From: Marsupella aquatica
Taxonomy: Eukaryota; Plantae; Marchantiophyta
DNA: 64,000 bases
Reading direction: 5' to 3'
Assembly: GCA_973895155.1 (NCBI GenBank)
Contig: OZ316891.1
Span: forward strand, 27,105,254 to 27,169,253
Shown here: piece by piece, positions 24,902 through 37,246 of the stretch
Position numbering within the stretch: position 1 is the first letter of the stretch
Layout of the letters: every line of letters starts with the position of its first letter
Notes under the pieces: generated by a model
Told to the model about the DNA's origin: nothing
The model's input: only the letters and a program-made list of their open reading frames with translations
Database searches by the model: none
Position numbers and translations under genes: made by a program

Positions 24902-26194
24902 AACTTGATCAACACTTGATTGTAAGAGTCAGATACTTAGAAATATGAATCTTGTCAAATTCCCTCTTTTTGTTTAAACCACTGCTGTCCATATAAAAGG
25001 AGAAGTGTCCAAGATTTCTCACCTCTAGGGTGAAACTTTGCTCCACAATTTCAGGAAAATGATACTAAAAATGGTGAAACCTGGTGGATCCAGGTTTTGT
25101 CATGGATAGTGGCGCTTTAAGGGACCTAGTTCAAAGGTCTATATTTAGTGCTTTAGACCAGGTCATATTTAGTAGACCTCCTTAAAAGAATAGTTGTAGC
25201 ATCTTCATAAGCGGTAGGAGAGCGGATCAAAATGCCTGCATGAACACCTTCAAGGTACTCAATGTAAGCAGAAATGTGCATATTCACAACTTGATTTTGT
25301 TCAACCTTGCAAGCTTTGAGAAGACCAGTTTTGGTTTATTTCATTGGCATTTCACAACTCGGCATCAACGAAGAATCAATGGCACCTTGATTTTGCCAAC
25401 ATAAACTCAGGGGCCACAATGTAAAAAAATTGGGGGTTATCACAAAGTTAACATTGTTTCATCTACAAATGTATGATTGCGCCCTCAAGAATGTATTATT
25501 TCGAGTGAGGTCACTATTTGGGGTTGTTACTTCACTTTGAGGGTTTCTGGTGGATACTGTTGGGGTTTTGTGAAAAGATTGAAAGTATGATGACTAAAAT
25601 TGTAAGTGGAGGTTTGTGCCTTCATTAGGCCTGTCCATTACCTAGGGTTTGAGTAGCCAATGGTTTTTCCAATTATTCTTCATGTCAAATTGCTATTGGT
25701 TTGGGGAATTTTGCGATTAGTATAGGAAGAAGGAGGACTGCAAATCTTCCCAAAGTCATAACACTCGAGACCTGGGTAACTGTGGGAGAGGAGTACTTTC
25801 TCCTCCTCTATTGTGGCCCTGTGTGCCACAATAGATGGAAAGATCAATTTTGTGGTTAGCAAAGTGATGGAGGTGACGGTTTGGATGTCAAGAAATTTTC
25901 AATCGGGAAAGTTTTGCAAGCTCTGTTGTTCAAGGGTAGGAAGGGGAGGTCAAAGCTCTTCCAAGGGGACACCAAGCGGATGGAGGCTATGGGTGAGAAA
26001 CATTGATTTTGTAGGGAGAGTGTGGTGTTGGGGATTTGAAGGTGTGGCACTTGTGCCAAAAGTGTAAGCTAGCTATGGTGGTAAGTTGAAGGTAGTAGGG
26101 ATTGAATAAAAGTTGAGTATGACTTGCTACCTTATTAGTTATTAGTCACTAAGAACTATGAAATGACTAACACATATATGTCATGTTAGTCACT

Positions 26195-27100
26195 CTGCCC
26201 TCAAAAAGGGTTGTGGGGGCAAAGTGGCATAACTAGTGGCTCACTCAAGGTTGAAAAGTACTCCCTTGGACAAATCACTCCAAAGTCATACAACTTGGGA
26301 GAGTTTTGCCAAAAGTTGGGTTATGCCCTTCCATGGTGCAAAACATGGCCCTCAAAAAGGGTGGTGGAGGCAAAGTGGTATAACTAGTGGTGCAAGGTTG
26401 TCGAGTACCCTACCCCGCATCACATGAAGTAAGTAGCATCCTTAATGGTTGGCCTGTATGATCACCAATATGACCAATCAACTGCCCAAGGCCCCAAACA
26501 ATCATTTAATCTATGGCATGCATGACTTGCGCATTGACATAAACAATGACTTGGTTTTGTGTCATTTGCATGAATGACGTCTCGAGACATTGCACAAATG
26601 ACCAAAAACAATTAGTCATGCACATAAATGACTCAAAATCCCTTGGGAATGACCAAATAGGAGTGATTTGTATTCCCGTGGACAAATCACTCCAAAGTCA
26701 TACAACTTGGGAGTGTTTTGCCCAAAGTTAGGTGATGCCCTTCCATGGTGAAAAAGTTGGATCATATCAAATATTTTGAGGCCAAAGTGGGGTAACTAGT
26801 GGCCCAAGGGTCTTGAGTACCCTATCCTGCATCATTGGGGTGAGTAGCTTCCTTATGGTTGAAACCCTACCACTAATATTGCCAATCAGGCGCCAGAGGC
26901 ACCAACAAGTCATATTGTGCATGGCTTGGATGACCACAATATTGACATCAGAATTGATTTATTTTCATGTCATTTGCATAAATGACGTATCAAATAGCAA
27001 TTGTCAAATGGCTAGAAAGTTCAGTCACATGACAAATCACTTGGAGTTCCTTGAAAATGACACAATTAAGCATGTTGCCATCAGCAAATTTGGAGCCCTA
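26195..27100. repeat. Degenerate direct repeats (about 410-bp unit twice, with nested shorter repeat)
   Basis: GGACAAATCACTCCAAAGTCATACAACTTGGGAG at about 26268 and 26680; CCCTCAAAAAGGGT.GTGG.GGCAAAGTGG at about 26198 and 26349. Confidence 0.75.
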
Positions 27101-29319
27101 GTCTAGTACTTAAACCCTTAACCTTACACCCTAAACCTACGCCACAGAGTATTCTTTGGTTCCAAAAATATGGCAGATTATAAACAAAATTGGGACTAAG
27201 GTCTCGTCAACGCTAGCACACAAAGTCAAATTATCGGAAGGAAGTTGAGCAATCCATCGTGGTTACTCTAGAGAAGCCTTTTACACTTCCGTGCCATGCT
27301 GAGACATCGGCGAAGGAGGTTGATGAAGCTCCTATGGAAGAGGCATATGCAGGGAAAGCTTGCACCTATGGTTTGTGGGAAGGCCATTGATCAAACGAGC
27401 TTGCATGTATCCCTGTACTCTACAAAGGCCACAAGAAGGTGTATAACTTGGAACTTATGGAGTGATAACACTGACTCAGTCTTTGGCTCAAATGGGTTCA
27501 AGTAAAAATACCTACAGTACTTAGTAGAGATGCACCTTTCATTTGTAAAATGTTCATATAGTCTCTAAATGTAATGAATATGTGATAGTTGCTATAACAT
27601 CAGTGTTCACCAACACAATCATATCATGTATTATGCCTGGAAAGGTATATATGAGGAACATTGGAGGGAGGTTATGTAACTGCTCCCTAACCTCAGGTGG
27701 CTTAACTAGAGGTCAAACTAACCTGGGGTAGTTGACTAGGGTTTAATCTACATGGTATAACACTTTCCCTTGGGGATTTTATGGGTTTATAAAATGCCCA
27801 CTATTTATGTAGAGTTAAAAACCCTATGTGAATTGGATGGTCCCTATTAAAGTATGGCCTCATCAAACCCTTCCTGCTTTCTTCAAAAGGGAAGAGTACC
27901 ACTACTATACATGGTATAGGGCCATAATATGAAAGTGTTTGACTAGTAATGTAAGGTGCCTCTACTGTAAATTTTGGTTGTCTACTATTGTGGTGAGTTC
28001 CGATTATTGTTTTGAAGAGTCGGGTGTTGGATGTGAAATGTCATTCGGATGAGTGCGGTGACTATTCTGGAGGTCTTAGGGCAAGATTCAGTCACAAAGA
28101 GCACAGTAATAGTTCGCGGATTTGTGAGAAGGTAGAATCAATTGGAGCCTGGTTGCGATGTGTTGGCGATCCTATGCCGGTGTCAATCATATGTGGGAAG
28201 GCTTTGAGTGTGTTTCATGCATCAAAATCGCTGTTGGTGACTGGGTATTTCTTGGATCGACTGATTTCCTGCTGGCTGGTTATATTGTTGATTTTTTGGG
28301 TGGCGATGATTGCGGCAACTGGGCTAGAGGAGTGCCAGACGGATAAGGTGTGTGGTTTCTGATTTTGTTGCTGTAGACGTCCCATGTTTGGTGTCTGGTT
28401 TGCTTGAATGAGTTTGATTGTAGTTCCTTTGCTCCTTCTGTCCTTCTTGTGCTGATTCTCAATGGAGTGTCCTGCAGTATGGTATGGTTGATTTAGGTCT
28501 GTGTGATCCAGTTTGATATGATATAAGATGATGGAAATTTCCGTCTTTGTGAAGTCTTTGTCGGTGCGTCGTCTATGGCCGCTTACTAAATGTATAAATG
28601 GCCATGGTTTCACTTTTGATCCCTTGGGGTTGCTCAAGCAAATGTGATTCAGTGGTCTCCTGCTTGAAGATCAAGATTTAGTCTCTGTTTGTTGATGGTT
28701 AGTGTTTTAATTTTCTCGTTTGAGAAGTGTTGAAAGTTGTCTCATACCAATTCCGAGTGTATGTTCCTTGTGGAGGGCTGGTGGTAAAGGTTAATTTGGT
28801 GAATAGATCGACTCTACTCTCCTTGCTTGGTATCCATTCAACCTTTATCTTGTCTCCATGTTGTTCGTGGGTATAATGTTTTTTGGTGCAATATGTTTAA
28901 TTCTGTCCCCTTTAATGAAGCCTTGTGTAATCTGGTCTACACATGGCCAATTGTCTTCATAAATCACTGTTGGCTTCTGAATGAGCTGTTGGCTTGTGTT
29001 CTGGTTTATATGATCTATAAGTTGTCTCAGCCAGATACATTCCCGACTTGCCTCATAGAGTGCAATTGTTTTTGCGTGATTCGATGATGTGGTTGTCAAA
29101 GTCTGCTTCAAACTTCGCCAGGATATTGCGGTGGTGCCCTGTAGGAAAACGTATCCTGTCTGTGATTTTGAGTCGTCTGGATCAGATAGTTTGTTTGTTG
29201 TATGTGTGGGGAAGAATAGGCCAAGATCAATTGTCCCCTTTAGGTATCTGGAAATCCTTTTGATCCCATTCCAATGTCGTATTGTGGGTTGGGAGCTGTG
29301 GCGGGCCAAGAGATTTACG

Positions 29320-29943
29320 CTTGGGGGAACCACGTGCAATCCAAAATAGGTATTTTTGATAAAAATTAACTAAATTTTTAAAAAGTGTAGGAGGCAAAAG
29401 AAGGTATTATAAACTAATGTTCATAGAATATTCTCTAATATATACCTTTTATAAAATAAAATAGGTTATTAATATAAAAATAGAATATTTTCTAATATAT
29501 ACCTTTTATAAAATAAAATAGGTTATTAATATAAAAAATAGAAAATTTTCTTGAAATATTTTCTTTATAAAATAGGAAACATTGGTACGAACTAAAGGCC
29601 CACACTTCATTGTATAATATATTTAATCTTTAAGGAACGCAATGGGAGGGGCAAAGCTAGCTATGAAAGACCCGGACGGGGGTCCCCCCCGGCCTCCCCG
29701 TCAGAGAGCCGATGGGCGGCAGCTATCGCTTCGGTTATTTTTTTTGTTCCCGAGGTCCGAAGCTCTCGACCAGCGGGAGAGTTCTTTTATGTCGGAGAAA
29801 AGGCCCGAAAACCAGGCTCTACCCGCCCACCTGACTTTTTCAGGAGCTTCACGGTGCACCAGCGCCTATTACAATAGGTCTATTTATATTAGGCTAAGAT
29901 CACACATGGTACCCCAAAATATACACTTAGTTAACCTCCCGAG
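29320..29943. mobile_element. MITE, 624-bp copy of the 22989-23274 family, inserted in Copia RT
   Basis: TSD GATTTACG/GATTTATG at 29312-29319 and 29944-29951; right end GTTAACCTCCCGAG; splits RPDISFA(I/V)-NLLAR. Confidence 0.88.
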
Positions 29944-32900
29944 GATTTATGGCAAATGATATGTCGGGGCGTGTTTGATTGGCAAGGTACATCAGTGCTC
30001 CTATTGCTGACAGGTATGGCTTCTCTGGTCCCAACGTCTGCTCATTCTCAATTTGGCTCTTGAATGTGTCCTTGGTCGGGTCTAGTGATCTGAGTTCCAT
30101 TGGTGTGCTCACGGGGTGTGCACTGTCCATATTGAATTGTTTCAATATCTTTCGTGTATATGTTGCTTGATTGATCAATATCCCGTCCTGCAAGTAGTCA
30201 TAATGAAGTCCCAAGCAATACTTGGGTTCACCAAGATCTCAAATTTCAAATGTATTTTTAAGTGTTGCAATTGTTTCTGTAATAATTCATGGTGTGCCAA
30301 ATATATTTATATCGTCTACATAGATTGCCACTATTATGTATTCATTTCCTGTTTGTTTCATGAATAGGCATGGAGCGATATCATTGTTTATAAAGTTCAG
30401 AGCTAACATTTTGGCCTTGAGCTTTTTGTACCAGGTTTGGCCGCTTTGTTTTAACCCGTACATGGACCTGAGAACTTGTACAACAAATTCTTTTGGTTTG
30501 TTCTGTGTAGCAGACTTTTTGTTTTGTTTTATGGGTTGTCTAACCTGCTCCTTTCGTGGCATTAACATTTGTTCTTTAGGAACTATAGGTTTGTTTGCAT
30601 GCATGATGAGAAATTCAGTAGGAAGTCTCTGTGATGTCTTAGATTGTAGATCTTCTATGGTTGTGCCATTTCTCCCCCCTGAATATGGAAAGCTATGCGC
30701 TTAATCAATTTGGGTGGTGCTTTCATATAGATGGTGGTGTCCAATATGCCATACAAGTAGGCTGTCACCACATCTTGGATGTGTAGCATCAGGTTGTGGG
30801 CTATTGCAAATGCAATCATATATTGGTATGTGATGGAGTCCATCATTGGAGAGTAGGTCTGGTCAAAGTCTCGGCCTGGTATCTGGGTGTAGCCCTTCGC
30901 GACCAGCCGTGCTTTGTATCTGATGACCTCTCCTTTTGCATTCCTTTTCCTTATGAATGTAAATTTTTACCCTGTGAGTGTTGTGTTGGGCGGAGCTGGT
31001 ATTACTGGTCCGAAGACCTCTCTCTTGATTAAGGAGTCCAACTCAGAGTTTATTGTTGTTTCCCACAACGGCCAATCACTCCTCGATTGTGCTTCTTTTA
31101 CTGATGTGGGGTCAGGTGTTTCATTTGTGATATCCTGTGATATGTTGAATGCAAATATGTCGTCTACCACTGTGTGATATTTATGCCATATTTTTCCTCT
31201 GTGTGTGTAATTTATGGCAATTTCTTCATTGTTGGTTTGTGGTGTTGAGGTTGGTTCTAGTATTACCACTTGTGTTGTTGATGTTGTTGGTGTGGCAGAA
31301 GGTCTCAGTTGTCTTGGTTGGCTATCCCTCGATCCTGGTGGTCATCCCCTTTTAGCTCGTGGTATTGCATATGTGGCAAGTTGGCTGAGTACATTGATTC
31401 TTGCTGGTACAGTTGCGGCCTCCGCGGGATCGGGTTACAGTTGTTGCATTGTTAAATGCATCGGGTAATTTCTCCAGTATCTGGTGGAGGTGAAGTATCT
31501 GTCTTACTTCTTTGTCAGCTTGTCTCGTACGTGGGTCTTGCCCTAGTGGATGTGTGGTGTTCCACTGTATTGCTTTTGTTTTTGGCAGCTGCAGTTTCTC
31601 ATTGGTTGCCAGGTGTGGGAACTCTTCCTCAAAAAAGTTGCAATCTAAGAATCTCGCTTTAAAAACGTCTGTGGTTGATGGTTCTAGGAAACGGATAATT
31701 GATGGTGAGTTGAATCCTATGTAGATTCCCCTTTGGCGTTGGGGGCCCATCTTAGCTTGTTTTGGGCCCAGTATCGGTACTAGGACGAGGCAGCCAAATG
31801 TGCGAAGGTGTGAGATGTCTGGTGGGATGCCAAATGCCAGGTGATGTGGTGTTTGTGAGTTGAATGCGGATGGGCGGTATCTCAATAGTGAAGTTGCATG
31901 TAGAATTGTGTGGCCCCATCATGCTGTGGTTGGTAGTTTAGTCTACATCAAGAGGGGTCTAGCGATGAGTTGTAGTCTTTTAATCATCAATTCCGCTATG
32001 CCATTCTGGAAGTGCGCATGTGGGACTGGGTATTGTGTGTCTATGCCCTCTGTTTTGCAGAATTTGTCAAAGGTTTTGGAGGTGAATTCACCTGCATTGT
32101 CTACCCTGAGTGTTTTAATTGGGTTTCCAGGGAACTGCAGTCTCAATTTTAGTATATGTGAGAGTAATCTAGGGAAAACTAAGTTTCATGTCAAGAGTAA
32201 TGAAACCTGGGACCATTTTGACAAAGCGTCAATGATGGCCAGGAAGAATCGGAAAGGCCAGCTGGGGGGTCTATTGGTCCGCATACGTCTGCATGTATCC
32301 ATTCTAGGAATTGTGGTATTGTTTGTACTATTTTGGGGATTCTTGGTCAGGTAATTAATTTACCCTGTGAGCACTAGACATTGTTTTGTAAGTGCTGATG
32401 GGTGGACACTTGGTGGGATTCCAACAATGTTTTTGAGTATATGGTGGTACATGGTAGTACTACCTGGGTGGCCTAGGCAGATATGCCAAGTCTTGGTTGG
32501 GTTTAATGTTGTGAGCTCTGTGGTGAAGGCATAAATGTGGGTGGCATACAGTCCTGGTGGGTGTATTTGTAAGGCTTCTCTAATTTTTGTTCCTACTTTT
32601 GTTTTTTCTGTTATATGTAGGGCCTCCCCCCCAAGGGCCCAAGCTTGTGCTTATGTGCAGGTTATTTGCGTGTATGTCTCTAAAGCTGATCAGGTTTCTT
32701 GTTGCTCTGGGTGCATATATGGCGGAGGGTATATTTATAGTTGTCCCTTGGGGGAAACAAATTGTGGCTGGGCCGTTCCCTACTTCAATGTAGTTTTGGC
32801 CAGTGATAGTGGTTAATGCTCTGTTGGATTGGATAATGTTGTGGAAGAATCCCTTTGTCCAGAGGATGGAGTGGGATGTTCCACTGTCCACTATGCAATT

Positions 32901-33642
32901 GGTTGCTCCGGTTGAGGTTTGGTGTCCCAGGTTGGCTGTATGAGTTTTTGTTGGTTTCAAGTATCGTTTATATATGTGTCAATGTCTCTTGGGATTTCCA
33001 TGAAGTTCCCTTGTGGTTCATAGTCATATTTGTTTATGCTGTCTTGGTATAGCTTTTAAACTAGATGTGCAAGTGCTCTGCAGTGTTTTTGTATATGTCC
33101 TGTTGTACTGCATCGGAAGCAGGTGGGGGGTGATGGCTTAACTCTTGATTGGTTTGTGTAGCTGATGCCACGTCCATGGCCTCGGCCCCCTCTGCTCGTC
33201 CAGGTGTGGCTCCGGGTTTGGTCATTTATTCCTGCCTCTCCCTCGGCCTCTAAATCCTAGGTTTCTGCCACGGTTTAATGGTCGTCCTCGGCTCCCCCTG
33301 AAGTTTCCTCTGCCTCTCCCTCTATATCTATTGTATGTTTCTATTGTGTGTGACTCTAGTTTAGGTGGTGGGGGTGCACTTCCGGGGGGTCTCATCTTGG
33401 CATTTTGGAGGAGCAGTATTTGGTGTTTCTCCGCTAGGAGCATGTGGGCTATCAACTGTGAGTAAGTGGTAAAGTTCATATTCCTGTACTGGGCTGATGA
33501 CACTAGGTTTGTGGCATTGAATGTGGATAGAGTTTTTTCAATTTGTTTGTCGTGATCGGTGATTGGGATTCCGCATACCGCTAGTTGTGATGTTATCCTA
33601 AATAACTCACTGTTGTAATTTGCCACTGATGTATAGTCCTGG

Positions 33643-36600
33643 TGTCGCGCCACTAACCCGGGCCTTAAACCGGGTTAACTTGCCGGTGCACAACCAACCT
33701 CCAGTAAGGGTGAGGGTTTGGGCAAGGAGGAGTGTAGTGCCCTTAATTAGCCTAAGTCAGACTATATATAGGTACCGGTATAATACTTACACAACCATCA
33801 CAGACATCACAGGTATATTTGGTTTCCACCACTGGAAGGATCCTATAGTCAGTGACTTGGACTAACTCCCGGCTTGGGGATTTTCAAGCCATCGCCGCAA
33901 CCAGAACTTGAAGCATACGCTTCTTGACAATCCCAACCATTAGTCCGCACCCGGTACGTCCCTTGAATGGTGCCTTTGTCAAGGCAAGGCATACATGCAA
34001 CACAAACTACTCGCAAAAATATTGGGGGAAAGACAAGGTTTACTCAGATAAGAAGAACCATTTTACACAGTTGACTCAACTTCTAAGTGATCGGCGGGCC
34101 TAATGGCAGTCGATGCCTAGTCTCTACAAGACCCTGTCTTGCACTTGCCCAACAAGGTCGACTTTGGCTCTCACTCCTTAGTGTTCCCCAATTATCCTAC
34201 TCAGGCCGTGACTCCCCGTGCGCCATTCTTCTCCTAACTGAAATACACCACTAGCTTCTCCCCCTTCACTAGCGGAAGGGGGAACCTAAATATTGTTTTC
34301 CAAGGAGGGTGGAGATGCTACCTCCCTTGGCCACGGCCTACCTGACTAACTACTTACTGACGCGGTTGATCGCCTGTCGACTGTCCTATTGACAGTCAAT
34401 GGCAAGGGTCGCTGACTGCGGCACTAACACCTAAGTCCTATTGTCAGTCGTTCTAGCCAGTTGATTGCCGCCTATCCTATGCTGGATGATGCTAACTAAC
34501 TTGTCCTAATCTCGCCTACCATGCCGCTAATTGGCGCCTAACAACAACTACTCTACCACTACGATTAACCCAAAAAGATACCCTGGCTCACCGGTTGCAC
34601 TGTGTAGCCGCCTGATCGCCCCCAGTGCTAACCACCCCTCCCATGCGTCACGCCGTTGGTCTAGGGTTTGTCCCCTTGTCAGGTCGGGGCCTCCAGCCGC
34701 CTTGATTAGAGGCGTTTCTCGCCTTGCTCCACTGGCTTATTAGTAGGGTAATCCGCTCTTGTAAGACCTTGTTATCCCACATTGCCTCCTCTACTTAATT
34801 GGAGACGTCGCCCACCTCCGAGTTGAGCTGGCCGATTGTTTGAAGGTCGGCCTGGTTTTGGGCCAACAACTTATCCGATTGGCAGTGACAATATTGACCT
34901 GCTAGGCAGCTTGAACAAACTGGTTATTTAGGTTGGTCAGGCTATTAACCTGAGCCAAGGACTCCGTTTGAAGCTGGAGTACAGTGGTTTCGAGTCCCGT
35001 GACGTCAGCTTGAGCCTTAAGTAGCTCTTGGTTTAGTTCGTCCCGTTGTTGGGTGACATGGATTAACTCCTCCTCATGAGCGGTGGTTGCCTCCCCTAGT
35101 CGCTCCACAATCATCTCGAGGTCCCCGATCTCATTCCCCTTGGCCATGAGTTCATCCTCCAGGCGGGTTACAATCCGCGGTTGGTGATCTAACATGAAGA
35201 AGGCCGGTTGGAAGTATTGGGCGACCTACTGCCCGATGTATGTCGCCAGTTCCCCCAATAGGTCCTAGCTAAACTTCTGGATTAGGTCGTGGGCCAAGGT
35301 CCCCGGAACTACTCGGTAATCCTCCATTCTCTCGGGTAAGGGTATGTCCATGGTCGGAGTGACGACCTCCTTCGAAGTCTGCACTGGGGAAGGAATGGGT
35401 TCCTCAGGTGGTGGTGGAATCAGGGGTGGCTGCATTGGGGGCAGTGGGGGTTCAATGGCAGGGGATGGCGAGGGAGGCCCATTATTCATAATCATGGTGC
35501 CCAACAGAGTGGAGGGTGGAGGGGTAGTTTGAGGAACGGAGGGGTTGGGGTTTACCCGAGCCGTGGTAGTCGAGGCGCTTGGGGCAGTACATCCGGGGGT
35601 GGTGGCGGCATTTCTTGGAGCCAAGGTGGCCAGCCATATTCTTTCCTCTGGTCTCACGTTGCTATTTGTACCAGTCTAGGATGATTGCAATGTGAATCCC
35701 CAGGTACGTCCTTCCCCCGATAGGCATGCCCGTCTGAGCTCGCTTGAGCTCTCCCCAAAACTGGCGGCTAAAGAATTGGGCCCAGTTCCACCGCTTATAC
35801 TGCTCCACTTGCACAATCGTACAAAAGGAAATCTTGGACTGGGGTTCAATCATGTGCAGGGTAGTCTGTATGAAGTTTACCCGCTCCATACAGGTTAGGT
35901 TGGTACATGAGCCCTGTTTGTACCCATTGTCTGTCTTGCCTTCCGGTTTGTCCAGAGTTTGACCGGTGCCGGCCCAGTTGGCAGACAAAAGATCTGGGCC
36001 AATCGGTACTTCGTGAGTGACAAGACTTGCCCTGATACCTTGGTGGCAGGCATGTCAATGTCAAAATTGGAGATGAACTTGTATATCTCCCTTGGCTCGG
36101 AGGTGGTGGGCCTCCAGTTCAGTTGAGCAAATTGCTCCAATTGATGCTCTTTGAGATAGTTCGCATGCGAAGGGTTCTTGATACCGGTCCAAACTACCTT
36201 GGGGACGCGGTTTACCTATAGCAAGTTTGGCTAACGGTAGTCCAAGGCCCTCTGGGACTGGGTGTTGGTTGGTCGGTTGGCCGGGGCTGGAGCTAGTGTG
36301 GGGGCAGTGTTAGGCCGCGTCGTCAGCTTCAGACCTGGCCTTGTCCTAGCCCACTTTTGGGGATGTTTCTCCAGCTGCGGACTAACCTATCCTCCAGAGC
36401 CTGACGAACACTTGGTGTTGTCCACCGGACGGACTTGGGCCTGGCTTGGGGGTATGCGCTTGGCCGGAACTATAGGCTGGGTCTCGGGCCAGGTGGCAGC
36501 AAGCATGGGCGGAATAGCCATTTCCCAGTTGAAGGAGTTAGAGTTTTCTCCAAGGAATATTTGATTGCAAGCTGCTTCCCGCTGCCTGTTGATGTCTTCT

Positions 36601-37246
36601 TCTTGTTTTTTGGCCGCAATATGCAGGTCAATATAACCAGGAATCTTATCAAATTCTGTCATACTAACCTTCACATTCCTCTGGTTGAGTCTGCTTTCTT
36701 GGCTCAGTCGCTGCACCCAAGGCCCGACCAAAGGTCTGTGACCTCTCACAAAGAAGACACTGATCCCAACTAAATCTTGCCACAATATGTCCGCAACCTC
36801 CGACTTCCTTCAATAAAAGTGAGCTTCAACCAAGAGCGGCTACTACAAGGGAGCCCTGACGACATCCAAATGATCTAAGAAATGCAAAGTGGCAAATGGG
36901 CTGCCGTGCCATCGACTCGTGCTTTTATGGGGGTTCTTGGGTGAGCTCGGGCGCAAGGGTATCGAAGGCCATTAGCCGCCATTGTTTAATTTCAATTGAT
37001 TGTCTTGGTCCAAGTGTGATTTGATACAACAAACTTTTACTCCACCGCCGCCATTGTACCGCGGACGATCGTAATAGTGCGCATCGTAATCGGTACTCAT
37101 TAAATTGACTAACCTATTCCTAGTCTAAACATGATTGCAAAAATGACTTCTTGTAACATCCTAACTATATGGGTACGGTCCTAATGACCGTATACGTTCT
37201 AATCTGACGTTTACTTTATGTCAAGTGACATGTTGCCCGTGTCACA
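33643..37246. mobile_element. 3.6-kb TG...CA element (solo-LTR-like) inserted in Copia gag, with a long decayed minus-strand ORF
   Basis: Starts TGTCGCGC, ends GTGTCACA; perfect 5-bp TSD CCTGG at 33638-33642 and 37247-37251. Removal restores gag WINLRV-QDYTSV. ORF fragments at about 34780-36800. Confidence 0.9.

Noticed and set aside
25000-26100. Decayed coding-like sequence on the minus strand
   Set aside because: Multiple stops and no recognisable domain.
27110-27140. Telomere-like AAACCCT units
   Set aside because: Only three or four degenerate units; common in plant DNA.
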